Positions 51,890 through 62,621 of a stretch of 64,000 nucleotides of DNA are shown piece after piece. The DNA comes from Candidatus Bathyarchaeota archaeon (GTDB taxonomy: Archaea > Thermoproteota > Bathyarchaeia > Bathyarchaeales > Bathycorpusculaceae). The notes beneath the pieces are model-generated. The model did not search any database. It was given only the letters and a program-made list of their open reading frames with translations, and was not told where the DNA came from. Both the position numbers and the translations under genes were made by a program. Every line of letters begins with the position of its first letter. Position 1 is the first letter of the stretch. The stretch is taken from assembly GCA_963707955.1 (NCBI GenBank), contig OY970176.1, forward strand, positions 992,001 to 1,056,000, read 5' to 3'.

Positions 51890-52454
51890 TCATCCTCCAG
51901 CATACTTCTAGGTCGTCGTCGAATAAGCTTTTCTTCAGGCCTGCCTGAAGCAAAGTCTATCCTATGCTTAAATAGCCATGCGCACGCGAATTAAATAATT
52001 GCCTTAGAGCGCATGCATGAAGTGCAGCGCGCGCAAAACCAGAAGGGTTCATGCTCAAAGCGCGTCCGCGCTAACATGGAGACGCGAATTCGTCAAGGTG
52101 AGAGGGCACTCTCAAGACCGATACAGAGACCTTAGGACAGGTCGTTTCATTAGGAAGCCTTAGAGCGCGCGCTGGCCTTGTATGTTATCTCCATTAGTGA
52201 TTGCTTGTCAGGATGACGAACAAATATTACGGAACAAGCGCTGTTTTCGCACAAGTACTTAGCCTTGCGTGTGCCCTTTTTCAACGGTTTCCCACATTCT
52301 GGACAATTAACCATCTTCAAATTCCCTATTGGATAACTAAAGAAGATGATGTAAAAATGTTATGAATCTCGGATAGTGAAGGAAACTCTGCTTCTGCTAG
52401 CGCGCGCCCAAAAGCTAAAAGCCAAGTGTTCAGAGAGAGTAAAAGGTGATTTGG

Positions 52455-52682
52455 ATGCCTACGGCATATTTGTTGATAAATTCAGAAGAATATCACCCAA
52501 GGTTGATGAAAGCATTGAGGGAGATTAAGGGAGTTGAAGAAGCTTATCCTCTCTATGGCGTCTATGACATCATTGTAAGAACAAGAGCGGGTACTATGGA
52601 CAGGCTTAAAGAAATACATGACAAGATAAGGAGACTGGAGAAAGTTAGACAGACACTGACGATGATCGCGCATGAAGGATAG
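52455..52682 (+). CDS. stand-alone Lrp/AsnC ligand-binding domain
   Basis: TAYLLIN...YGVYDII...KIRRLEKVRQTLTMI. Confidence 0.9.
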   Translation: MPTAYLLINSEEYHPRLMKALREIKGVEEAYPLYGVYDIIVRTRAGTMDRLKEIHDKIRRLEKVRQTLTMIAHEG

Positions 52683-52714
52683 AAAAGGTAGCGCGCGCTA
52701 GTAAGTAAGTAATT

Positions 52715-52850
52715 TCTGTGTCTGTTTGTTGTGTGTGACTCAGTCACTCTCACAGTCACAGGTTCTCTCAGACTCTCTCTCTTTGTGTGTCAGAGTATGA
52801 AGTAAGAGAGAGGTAGATAGAGAGAAAGAGTAACAGAAGAAGAAAAAGGG
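52715..52850. repeat. low-complexity TG/CT/AG dinucleotide tract
   Basis: Runs of TGTG, CTCTCT and AGAGAG seen directly. Confidence 0.7.
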
Positions 52851-52920
52851 TGAAGTTTTATCCAACCAACCACACACCATTTGGGGAAAAACCTCGCACG
52901 CGCGCTACGAAGGGTAACGA

Positions 52921-53355
52921 TTAGTAAGGTCGGGCGGGAATTCCCTTGATTTTGGCTTTAGGCGTCACATCTTTTGTGACTATGGCTCCAGCAGCTACGT
53001 TGGCCTCTTCTCCGATTGTGACTCCTGCGACAATGACAGCATTGGCTCCTATGACAGCTCCACGTTTTATAGTGACTGGCTTGACTTGCCAATCATCCCA
53101 ATGCTTCAAGAGGTCTGGATGCTTGTCATTCGTTACCGTCGTATTAGGACCAACGAACACATAATCCTCGATGACCGTTCCTTGAGGAATGAATACATGC
53201 GCTTCAATTTTGCAGTGAGAGCCGATTTTAGCTCCGCCTATTTCGACAAAACTCGCAATTTTAGTGCCTTCACCAACCTCACTGTCATAGATGTTAACAA
53301 GCTCAGGATGATGGATTTTGACTGAGGAATGAATTTTGCAACGTTCTATCGGCAT
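52921..53355 (-). CDS. hexapeptide (left-handed beta-helix) acetyltransferase, WbpD-like
   Basis: VFVGPN...TND, IGANAVI..GVTIG, AAGAIVTKDV, G.PAR. Confidence 0.92.
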   Translation of the reverse strand: MPIERCKIHSSVKIHHPELVNIYDSEVGEGTKIASFVEIGGAKIGSHCKIEAHVFIPQGTVIEDYVFVGPNTTVTNDKHPDLLKHWDDWQVKPVTIKRGAVIGANAVIVAGVTIGEEANVAAGAIVTKDVTPKAKIKGIPARPY

Positions 53356-53731
53356 GACGATTATTACTCATGGCTCTGCTTAATTGCATTTCGTCTGAGA
53401 ATAACTGCGAGGTAAAGGCTAATTATGACTATTGGGAGATCGCTCTATCTGCCAAGATACAGAAATGTTTCTTCCGACCACGTTTATGGACCGAGCTCGA
53501 CAAAATTCTACGGACTCAGTTCTGCTTTACCTGTTTGCAGAGTAGGCTTTGCAGACTGCAGATTCGTATAGGCGGGCTTACGAACAACCCCAGGAGAGGT
53601 GGAATGATCTGTTTCTAGCGTGCGCGCTCCTTGCGAGGCGCCGCGCGCGCTAAATGGGTTCAAGTCCAAACTTAAAGAATAGGGAAAAGCCATGTCCGAT
53701 AGGCGCGCATACGTGTTCCTAAATTCGGCTT

Positions 53732-53935
53732 TAGCGCGTATGCCTGTTCCTAAATTCAGTTCAAGAGCTGGCATGGCGTTTTGCGACGAGGGATTGTTAC
53801 TGTCATGGTTCGAGCCGCTTGCTCTCTTGCTCTCACGCCCTCCTCCCCGGGTATCCTATATGATCCAAATATGGTTCATGAGCAAAGTAGGACTAGCTGC
53901 TCCCCGAAAGAATTTAGGAACACGCTAGCGCGCTA
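53732..53935. mobile_element. MITE-like element, copy 2, with an extra orphan end at 53703-53726
   Basis: TAGCGCGTATGCCTGTTCCTAAATTC ... GAATTTAGGAACACGCTAGCGCGCTA; inverted homolog of 31158-31361. Confidence 0.85.
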
Positions 53936-54005
53936 ATCCTTATCCAAGATTAATAACGTTTTTCTCCTTTGCGTGCGTCAATAGAATGTTGGAATGTGGG
54001 TACTT

Positions 54006-54455
54006 ATGAACGTGCGGGAACTGATGATCACGAACGTAATCACCGTAGAAAAAAACATGACGGTGCAGCTGGCTGCGGGTACCATGAACAAGAAGAGAAT
54101 AGGCTGCTTGGTGACCGTTGACGGAGAAGGAGTGAAAGGAATCCTGACAGAAAGAGATATGCTAGTTAGAGTCTTGGAAGCAGGCAAAGATCCCAAGACA
54201 ACCAGGGTCTCAGACGTTATGACCCAGAGCATTATTTTCGGGAATCCAAACATGCAACTAGTTGAAGCCACGCGTTTAATGTTTCAAAACGGGATTAAGA
54301 AGCTGCCAATACTAGAGGACAATCGATTGGTCGGCCTAGTCACGCTGACCGACATAGCTCGCGCGACAAGCTGCGACAAGAAAACCATTGATCTCATTGA
54401 AGCACTGTCAAACATGCACAAGATCAGCTCATCCCAACAAGACATCAGCGTATGA
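54006..54455 (+). CDS. CBS domain protein
   Basis: Tandem CBS motifs GILTERD and VGLVTLTDI. Confidence 0.93.
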   Translation: MNVRELMITNVITVEKNMTVQLAAGTMNKKRIGCLVTVDGEGVKGILTERDMLVRVLEAGKDPKTTRVSDVMTQSIIFGNPNMQLVEATRLMFQNGIKKLPILEDNRLVGLVTLTDIARATSCDKKTIDLIEALSNMHKISSSQQDISV

Positions 54456-54933
54456 ACACGTACATAAGCGCACGCTTCTATTCACGCGCGCTACGCGCCA
54501 TCTCGCACTCGGCAAAGTGTGTGAATCAAGGCCCCTTGCGCAAACGCAGGACAAGCGAGGGATGATCGAAGAAAGCTCGGGACACTAGCAGTAATTCTGG
54601 AGAGAATCTATTAGCATCTTCAAACCAAAAAACGTGGAGTTTTCTCTTCAAAGTATTCTATTGTAATACATAGGTATTACTTCATGCGCGCGGGCTGATA
54701 TCACTGTCACGCTAGTCGAGAAACTGGTAGTATATGAAAAGTCTTTTATTCGCCTGCTTCACAGACATTGAAAGCTAGGCACGCGCGCAGCATATCTTGA
54801 GTACACGATGTGATTGTGTGAGTAGCAAAGATGGTTTGTGCTTTGTAGAGCTGGACGCCTAAGGTTGAGGGTGAGAGTTGAAAGAAACTTCTGAGAACAG
54901 TCTTTCTTGGACCCTGAAGGAGCAGGATCTCTT

Positions 54934-56214
54934 ATGCTGACCTGGCCATATATCGGATTAGTCTGCACGTTCGTCATTGTCTATGCATGGTCGTTCTATA
55001 ATCTGCCAATTTTGGTGGCAGGCGTAAAGAGTCTACGGCAAAGCAAACAAAAGCCCGGCAGAAAGCCTGCTGAAAGAAAAGCTTTTCCAGGTTTTTCAAT
55101 AATTGTGCCAGTGAAAAATGAGGAAAAAGTGGTAGGCAGATTGCTGAATGCTTTGTCCGAGTTGAATTATCCTGCAGACAAGAAGGAAATAATAATCGTT
55201 GAGGATGGTTCGACCGATAGAAGCCTTGATGTGTGCGAAGCCTTTGCTAGGGAGCAAAGGCTGAACATAAGAATTGTTCAAAGACGGTTTTCTGATGGTA
55301 AGCCCTCGGCCTTGAATAGTGGTATCACTTATGCGCAGGGCGAAATAGTAGGCGTTTTTGACGCAGACAGTGTTCCTGCAAGCGATGCTCTGTTGAACGT
55401 TTGCAGGTACTTCGAGGATCCGCAGGTGGCGGCAGTTCAGGGTCGAACACTGTCGATTAACTCTGAGGAAAACATGCTGACCCGAATCATTTCACGAGAG
55501 GAGGACGTTTGGTGTGAAGCATATTTGCGCGGCAAAGACGCTCTGAACTTGTTTGTCCATTTGAAGGGAAGCTGTCAGTTCATCAGGCGAGATGTTCTGA
55601 AACAGGTAAATGGCTTTGATGAGAATGCCTTATCTGAGGATATGGAGCTTTCAGCGAAGACAACCGAAAAAGGCTACAAGATCAAGTATGCCCCAGACGT
55701 AAGATCGTGGCAGGAGAGCCCATATGAATTAAAGCAGTTATTCAGGCAGCGCACTCGTTGGTTCAGGGGAACCATGGAAGTGGCCCTGAAGTATGGTCGA
55801 TTGATGGCCAAGCCGAGCAAAAAGAGCTTTGATGCCGAAGCGACTCTCTTTGGGCCCTTTGTCTTAATAGCATCGTTGCTGACGTACATTGCGTCTTGTT
55901 ACGTGACGTTCACGCCTTTTCCGCTGGGTGTTTTGTTGCAGATCATGGCAGAGCTGACAGCGCTGGGCGCCACCGTCATTGTACTTCTTTGTGGCCTAGC
56001 CCTGCTCTACACGTCGAAGCCCAGAAAAGCATCAGACCTGCTGTGGGTCCCATTCGTCTATGCCTATTGGAGTGCGCAGGCTTTCATCGCACTTTATGCA
56101 ATGCTGCTTATGATGCTACGCAGGCCGCGCAAGTGGTTGAAGACGGACAAAAAAGGATCGATTACGCGTGCTACTTCCAACTCTGTTATCATGAAGCCGC
56201 AAGAGTACGTTTGA
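54934..56214 (+). CDS. GT2 membrane glycosyltransferase (cellulose synthase-like)
   Basis: EDGSTD, KPSALN, DAD, SED and QRTRW motifs. Confidence 0.95.
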   Translation: MLTWPYIGLVCTFVIVYAWSFYNLPILVAGVKSLRQSKQKPGRKPAERKAFPGFSIIVPVKNEEKVVGRLLNALSELNYPADKKEIIIVEDGSTDRSLDVCEAFAREQRLNIRIVQRRFSDGKPSALNSGITYAQGEIVGVFDADSVPASDALLNVCRYFEDPQVAAVQGRTLSINSEENMLTRIISREEDVWCEAYLRGKDALNLFVHLKGSCQFIRRDVLKQVNGFDENALSEDMELSAKTTEKGYKIKYAPDVRSWQESPYELKQLFRQRTRWFRGTMEVALKYGRLMAKPSKKSFDAEATLFGPFVLIASLLTYIASCYVTFTPFPLGVLLQIMAELTALGATVIVLLCGLALLYTSKPRKASDLLWVPFVYAYWSAQAFIALYAMLLMMLRRPRKWLKTDKKGSITRATSNSVIMKPQEYV

Positions 56215-56326
56215 GGTGTTGATAGGCGGCGTGAACATTAAGAATAGCAATCCCAGACGGCTGGCATTTTGACGGAAAAGTTGAGCAACTGGGCGTACCC
56301 CATATTAAGACAGAAGCGATGACCGG

Positions 56327-57802
56327 ATGAGCTTAAAATCCTTGCCTCGTCGTGCCTCCGCTGATTCAAGAATTTTCGTTGTTCTGGCTTTTCTAGGACC
56401 ATTTGTAGCGCGGCTATTGCCCGAATTACTGATGGGGCCATTCATGACCGGTTTTGACACTGTTGCATACTATGTTCCTAGAACTTTAAGCTGGATCCAA
56501 GGAGGAAGCAGTTTTGTTCAGATCATGGCTTATCCGCCTTTGTTTTATGTCTTACCTGTCCAATTGAGTCTTTTCGGCATTCCATTGACTTGGTCGTTGA
56601 AAGTTCTGCCGCCTATCTTGCTTGGCTTTCTAGGACTTGCTGTCTACGTCTATGCGAGAAAGGCTCTTGTCTGGTCGCACCTTGAAAGCCTCGGTGTTTC
56701 ATGCTTGGCGACTTTGTATTTCGTCAGCTTGAGAATTTCTTGGGACATGCTCAGAAGCGAGCTGGGACTGATTCTGTTTTTTGTCTTTTTGATGTTGCTG
56801 CATACTGGTTGGGAGAGGAAGAATTGGCAGAGTTTTCTGTTATCATTATTTATGGTTTTGGTTGCGCTCTCCCACCAGCTCGTGGCTTTGATAATGTTTT
56901 CAGTAGTTCTCGCGCTCTGCATCCAGAAACTGTCGAAGAAGGAGCACGATGCTTTCGGGAGATTAGTTGTTGCAACACTGCCAAGCTTGGCTGTTTTCGG
57001 TTTGATCCTGGGTGCCGACTATGTTGTTTCTTTGGGTTTTTCAACAACGAGTGCGAGTCAATGGTTTTCATTATTTGAGTTTTCGTCATTTTCTGATGCG
57101 CTGATTGGCACAGTTGGGTTTTGGCTGTTCTGCTTCTTGCCGCTGTTGCCCTTTGCATGGGTTGGGTGGAAGAATTTTAGTAACTTAGAGTTGAAAACTT
57201 GGATCCTTTGGTCTCTAATCGGTATTTTGCTCGGAATCGGAGCTTCGTCTGGGTTGTTTCCGATGAGTTACAGGTGGACCTTGCTGATGTCTTTCCCAAT
57301 GGCTTTTTTTGCCATTGAAGGCATCAAACATTTCAGGTTTCCTCGTCTGAGGCTGTTTCTAAGCGGGGTCTTAATCCTCTTGAGCTGCAGTTTCATGTTC
57401 TTGCCTGCCGAGCTGGCTTTTCCATATTTCAGTTTGTTCCCCAAATACGTTCCATCATCTATGCTACAGAACAGTGTGCCCTTGAGCGATTGTGAGGATG
57501 TCGTCAGGGTCATGTCTTGGTATGGTCAGAATGTTGGAGCCAGCGGCACTCTGCTCCTTCACGACGCGTTCAGCGGATGGGCAGACTTGTATTTGAATGC
57601 TGGTTGCCGAGTCGTCGATTACGGTTATGAGAACCCTCAAGCAGCAGCCGAAAAGTTGGTGGCAGATGGACCTGGAAGTGTATACGTAATCTGGTGGGTT
57701 CCTGGTGAAGGCTGGCATGGTTTAAGCAGCCTGCCCTCTAGTTTCTTTGAGGTTTTTAGGAGCGGTAGAATTGCTGTTTATGAGTATAACAATACTGCTT
57801 AA
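56327..57802 (+). CDS. multi-pass membrane protein, probable GT-C glycosyltransferase
   Basis: GFDT..YY and YPPLF followed by about 12 TM segments and a soluble tail. Confidence 0.75.
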   Translation: MSLKSLPRRASADSRIFVVLAFLGPFVARLLPELLMGPFMTGFDTVAYYVPRTLSWIQGGSSFVQIMAYPPLFYVLPVQLSLFGIPLTWSLKVLPPILLGFLGLAVYVYARKALVWSHLESLGVSCLATLYFVSLRISWDMLRSELGLILFFVFLMLLHTGWERKNWQSFLLSLFMVLVALSHQLVALIMFSVVLALCIQKLSKKEHDAFGRLVVATLPSLAVFGLILGADYVVSLGFSTTSASQWFSLFEFSSFSDALIGTVGFWLFCFLPLLPFAWVGWKNFSNLELKTWILWSLIGILLGIGASSGLFPMSYRWTLLMSFPMAFFAIEGIKHFRFPRLRLFLSGVLILLSCSFMFLPAELAFPYFSLFPKYVPSSMLQNSVPLSDCEDVVRVMSWYGQNVGASGTLLLHDAFSGWADLYLNAGCRVVDYGYENPQAAAEKLVADGPGSVYVIWWVPGEGWHGLSSLPSSFFEVFRSGRIAVYEYNNTA

Positions 57803-57864
57803 CCAGTTGGAATAATCCTGAAAGTGCTTTCGGTCCATTTTTCCAAATGCCATCTGTGCGCGCT

Positions 57865-58671
57865 TCAGGAAGGCCGGGCAATCACGAGTATGCCCGTGCA
57901 CATGTTCTTAGCTATGTGTTCCAAAAACTTGAAGGATCGCCAATTTTCTAACCCATAGGAATTGATCACTTTGAATCCATTGTCCTCAAGCAAGTCTGTG
58001 AGAGAGTATAAAGTGAAAGGACGAATGTGTCCAGCGGGCTTCCACGTGTCGAGTCGTTTCTTTAAGAATTCCATTCTGTATCCATAACTCAGTTTTTTTG
58101 TTGACACCTCTGTATTAATTGGCTGAATGCCCAAGGGCACAAGGATTCGATTCTTCCAGCAAACAGTGTTCAGTGTTGTGACAAGCAAGATGCCATCTTT
58201 CGAAATTGAGTCCCTCATTGATAGAACAAGAGAATCTGTGTCGAAGATATGCTCAATTGTCTCAAAAATCGTGAATACTTGAAAATCTCGTAGCGGAATC
58301 GGTTCTGAACCAAGATCGAGACGAATAAATTCGATGTTCTGTCTGTTGCATTGTTGTTCACACTGAGCTGACGCGTCAACTCCCACTGTTTTAATGACCA
58401 TCTGAGTCGTTTTTCCTAAGAAATCTGCAAAAGCTCGTGTGCCTCTGCAATCGCCGCATCCCAAGTCAACGTAGTTTATCGATTTTCGGTTTTTCCTCCA
58501 AATGTTTCCAGCGTCTTCGAAGAACTTTTGTACCCAAGCAATTGAAGCTACTTCAGAGTATCTTGGAGGCGTTAATTCATATCTGTCTCTCTTGTCCCAG
58601 AAGGTTTGTGATGCTTGTAGGCCAAGTCCCTTCGGTTTTGCTTCATCCACTTGGGCGTTTCTCCTTGTCAA
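57865..58671 (-). CDS. class I SAM-dependent methyltransferase
   Basis: VDLGCGD, ETIEHI, GHIR.FT. Confidence 0.9.
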   Translation of the reverse strand: MTRRNAQVDEAKPKGLGLQASQTFWDKRDRYELTPPRYSEVASIAWVQKFFEDAGNIWRKNRKSINYVDLGCGDCRGTRAFADFLGKTTQMVIKTVGVDASAQCEQQCNRQNIEFIRLDLGSEPIPLRDFQVFTIFETIEHIFDTDSLVLSMRDSISKDGILLVTTLNTVCWKNRILVPLGIQPINTEVSTKKLSYGYRMEFLKKRLDTWKPAGHIRPFTLYSLTDLLEDNGFKVINSYGLENWRSFKFLEHIAKNMCTGILVIARPS

Positions 58672-61588
58672 TTCGTCTAGATAGGACTGAAGATATCTTC
58701 TTCCTAAATGGCGTAATGGCTATTATTAATATTAAGTAGGTAAAACCTATCGACACTGCTGTCAATCCAATTGTCATTTGCGAGCTTGTTGTGCCTATGA
58801 GTATGTTCGTTTCTTTTGAAGCCAAACTTGTCCCATTTACGATCCATGCCTTGAAAAAGACATTCGCCTGCACCTCCTCACTGGCGGCAGGTGTTTCCAT
58901 TTCTTGAAGCCCATTGTATAGATATTGATCTACAACTGCGTAGTCTGATCCCCCGTTCAAAACAGTCATAGCGGACCCTTCAGAACTATCCTGTTGAACT
59001 GAGAAAACCGGTTCTTCATGAACTTGGCGCACAGCGAATAATCCTAGAATGTCTGCGGTTTGTACGTGAATTCCTGAAAACTTGGAGATTGAGGCTTCAG
59101 AAGATAAGGAGACGGTGGAGAGATTTGGCTCTGTTGGAAAGGACATTTCCAAATTGTTATTGACGTAGACTTTGACTTCGTCGAATGTTCGGCTTAAGGT
59201 TACATTGATTGGATTATTCTCTCCCATGAGGTCATGGCCCACATATGTAGTTATCACGTCAGAAGTGTATGAATCACCCTGCTGAACTGCTAGTTCCAGG
59301 AAACCGTTGTTATGGAAAATTACGAAGTACTTGGAGTTGCCTGTATCTATTAGCGCCCTGGGCCCTTGAAAATCATATTGACCCCATCTGGAAACGTTGA
59401 CTGTAAAGTTGAGCATGAAGCTACCGTACGTGCCTAGGGGAAACGAAGTTGAATTAAGAACCAAATCATCAAATTGGTGAGTGTCAGCCCACGTGTTTGA
59501 ACTTGGGACTTTGACGATGTCATCTGCAGACAATTGACAATCGGTTGAAAACACGTCGACGTTGCTCGAGGTCGCTAACTTGTTTAGAGTGAGAGTTTCT
59601 ATGTTTTCGCCATTGAATGTTACTGTCAAATTCAGACTAGCAACTGAACCATCATATGTGGGCCTCAATGCATACATTTGGTAGGTATCGTTGTTGACAA
59701 AACTCGGGATGCTGAGCTGATTGATTTGTTCTTCGGAATTCAGAAATACAGGTAGATCTTGGAAGTCTATCAGTTGAAAAGCATATTTCAGCGTGCTTGT
59801 GTCATCGTAGAAGACATAGTTTCTTGTTGCGTACAGAGTGGGCAGACAGTTTTGGTTTTCAAAAATTGTGTAGTTGCCTTGCTGCTCTAGGAAATGCAAT
59901 CCGCTGTCGTTTTCTATGTCGTCAACAACGCTTGTAATGTTGTTGTTGAAAGATTCAGGAAATATCAATAATTCGTTTGGCTGGAAAACTTTGCTTACGA
60001 CCACGTACTTCGCAGAGAAGAGACCCAGAATCTTGCTCCAAGGAACAGAGGCTCCGTCAGTCAGTTCCAATGTTTGGTCATTCACATTGGACACCAATTG
60101 GAAAAGACGGAAGTTTGGAGGGAGATAAAGCTCTGCCTTGTGAGTGTATGGGATTAGTACTCCTCTATCATTGGAATAGTTCTGGCTCAGGAGGTTCGCA
60201 AGCTTCGAATATCCAGTGTCGAACAAGTTTCCCCATTGTAAATTATCTGAAATCTGCTGTAGAGGAGTATATCCGGCATAACTGATGAGCCATGGACTGT
60301 TGTACAGGACAACCGATGCGACTAAAAGTATGACTGCAGTTCCTTTGGCGATTCTTTTTTTTCTGGTTTTTCCGTAGGTTTCAAGTTTTTTGAAGGCGAC
60401 GAAAGTTGTTGTTAGTAATGACAGGAGGAGGATAACACGAAGTTCGGTGGGGCTTTCCCATGTTTGAAGTATGAAGCTGAACAATTTTCCCGCTAGAATG
60501 GGATCATTTGGTAGGTACTTAATGAATTCTATTAGGATGATGGAGTTGACGAACACAAGAATGTTCATATAGAAAAATGCTTTGTCTGTTTGCGCTACGT
60601 CTTTTCGCAAAAAGAGAAGCAGAATTGATGCGAGAAAAACAATGAATAGAGCATATCCGAATAGATTCGTGTAGGCGCTTGAGTCGTACCATGAATTTTG
60701 CCCCAAACCTACTCCAGAGTCTCCTCCAAGCCTGAATAATGTGACAGGGTTTGCATTCGCGTAGCAATATTGAATGTTGGACAGAAAATTGCCGAGGTTC
60801 CCTTTAAAGTAGGTTGCAAGAGGAGCGAAGTTGATGTTGTTGACGGACAAGATTAGGGGAGCGTTGACTATAATAAAAACGAACACAAACAAAACTACGT
60901 TAGTTACTGATGCCCTCACGAAGCAACGAGTTTGGCCGTACTTCCGAAGACAAATTACGACAAAAGTCGATACTAGGTATATTGAGATAAGGGCGGCTGA
61001 AAGGAAGAACTGTTCATGAGCTGAAACAGAAAGTGACAAAAACATCGCGCTTATCAGAAAATTTCTTGATAGACGACCTGGGTTGGACTGTTGGCTTATC
61101 TCACGTAAGGTTCTTATGAAGAATTTCAGTGCCAGCGGTAGAAACACCATGACAAATGCGTAAAGCATTGAGGCAAAATAGTACGGAGTTATTGGATTGA
61201 TAACATACATTGCTGAAACGATGAGACACCAGAACTTCTTGGTGAGAAACTCTCTAGAAAAAGTGTAGAATGAGAGCATCGAAAGGAAGTACAATAGGAA
61301 AGGATAGATCAGAGTCAGAGGAATGCTCAGGGCGTTTAAGAGGTAAGACAGTGGAAACAGGAAACCAGTCCTGAACGTAGAAAGGACGGCGATGTCGCCC
61401 AAGTATGATTCTCGTATCACTTTGGGCCCTAGGATGTCGACTATAGTCTGCTTGGTCCAATAGACGTTGTCGCCAATTACAAGACTTGGCAACGTTAGCA
61501 CGTTGTACGTAAGAAATATGGATAGGATGAGTAGCACAGCAGCTATGATGGAGAAATGGCAAATAGCCCTAAGTCGTTGATGTTTCAT
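58643..61588 (-). CDS. large multi-pass membrane protein (GT-C/AftD-like) with an extracellular lectin-like domain
   Basis: N-terminal TM bundle, Asn/Ser/Thr-rich beta domain, C-terminal TM; located in a glycosylation cluster. Confidence 0.75.
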   Translation of the reverse strand: MKHQRLRAICHFSIIAAVLLILSIFLTYNVLTLPSLVIGDNVYWTKQTIVDILGPKVIRESYLGDIAVLSTFRTGFLFPLSYLLNALSIPLTLIYPFLLYFLSMLSFYTFSREFLTKKFWCLIVSAMYVINPITPYYFASMLYAFVMVFLPLALKFFIRTLREISQQSNPGRLSRNFLISAMFLSLSVSAHEQFFLSAALISIYLVSTFVVICLRKYGQTRCFVRASVTNVVLFVFVFIIVNAPLILSVNNINFAPLATYFKGNLGNFLSNIQYCYANANPVTLFRLGGDSGVGLGQNSWYDSSAYTNLFGYALFIVFLASILLLFLRKDVAQTDKAFFYMNILVFVNSIILIEFIKYLPNDPILAGKLFSFILQTWESPTELRVILLLSLLTTTFVAFKKLETYGKTRKKRIAKGTAVILLVASVVLYNSPWLISYAGYTPLQQISDNLQWGNLFDTGYSKLANLLSQNYSNDRGVLIPYTHKAELYLPPNFRLFQLVSNVNDQTLELTDGASVPWSKILGLFSAKYVVVSKVFQPNELLIFPESFNNNITSVVDDIENDSGLHFLEQQGNYTIFENQNCLPTLYATRNYVFYDDTSTLKYAFQLIDFQDLPVFLNSEEQINQLSIPSFVNNDTYQMYALRPTYDGSVASLNLTVTFNGENIETLTLNKLATSSNVDVFSTDCQLSADDIVKVPSSNTWADTHQFDDLVLNSTSFPLGTYGSFMLNFTVNVSRWGQYDFQGPRALIDTGNSKYFVIFHNNGFLELAVQQGDSYTSDVITTYVGHDLMGENNPINVTLSRTFDEVKVYVNNNLEMSFPTEPNLSTVSLSSEASISKFSGIHVQTADILGLFAVRQVHEEPVFSVQQDSSEGSAMTVLNGGSDYAVVDQYLYNGLQEMETPAASEEVQANVFFKAWIVNGTSLASKETNILIGTTSSQMTIGLTAVSIGFTYLILIIAITPFRKKISSVLSRRIDKEKRPSG

Positions 61589-62184
61589 GTAACTATCTCT
61601 TAGACAGATTCCCGTTTCAGCTCATTTTTTCTACGTATGATATAAATCTATATACTTGAGCACCATTCGGTTCAGGTTGAATTGTTCTGATCTTGAGATT
61701 CTGTCTGTCCTCGCTAGCGCGCGCACCAGAATAAACACAACATTTCTTTGTTCAAGACGCCATTCCCTTCAAAGAATGTTTCATGAGCCATGCTGGAGAG
61801 CGATTTTTGGTCGCTCAGCTATACTCTTCAGATAGATGCACGCACCATTAAGCCTGTGAGTATCGGTGGTGAAGGTGTTGAGCCTGTTATCCAAGTCCAG
61901 CTTAGCGCGCGTGAACTAGCATGCGCAGGTCTAATACGAATTAGTTTTTCTGGTATTGGCTATCTTTTGGAAAGAAATTAAGTGCGATGACTATTCCTTT
62001 AAGTACTTGACAACTCCATTTGCAAAACCTGGGTCACTCTTGTGGGAAAAATCTTTTATTCATAAGCCGTTAACCCTAGATAGTTTGGAGCGTTCGGAGG
62101 CTGCAGTTATAATCAGAGATGGCACGTGTAAACCGTCGAATGCTTTACATGTGTCAGGTCACGACAGTTTTGATTTTGGCAAGG

Positions 62185-62360
62185 GTTGTTTGGTTAGGCT
62201 GAAGTTGAAGGCTCTCCGATCAGGCGTATGGTTTCGGACGTTAAAAAGAATCGATCGAGTCCTCATTGACGTAACCTTGCAGGTTGCCAGCAGAATTCGA
62301 AGCCCAATCCTGTTGAAAACGCCGTTGCCCGTTGTGACACAGTCAAAAAACTCTTTGGCG
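62185..62360 (+). pseudogene. fragment of a putative conserved hypothetical gene
   Basis: LVRLKLKALRSGVWFRTLKRIDRVLIDVTLQVASRIRSP..L reads as protein-like and loses coherence at the GCGCGCGCGC run (62358). Confidence 0.35.
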
Positions 62361-62621
62361 CGCGCGCTGTTTGACGGCAACGCAAGCAAAAACTCATATA
62401 TTCTGTCAGAAGAAATGTTTCTTGGGTGGGGGTATCAATCTACTCACGGCGCACAAGCGAAGATGTCACTGTTATTCCTTACGCCGCAAATTCGACTTCA
62501 GATAGAGCTCTGAGAGATGTACCACTAAACACGGGTGAAGTTTACTCGATATGGTATGCTAACGAAGAAGTACAAGGTTTCAAGATGATACATTCCGACA
62601 ATAGCATCGAGATTTTCCAAT

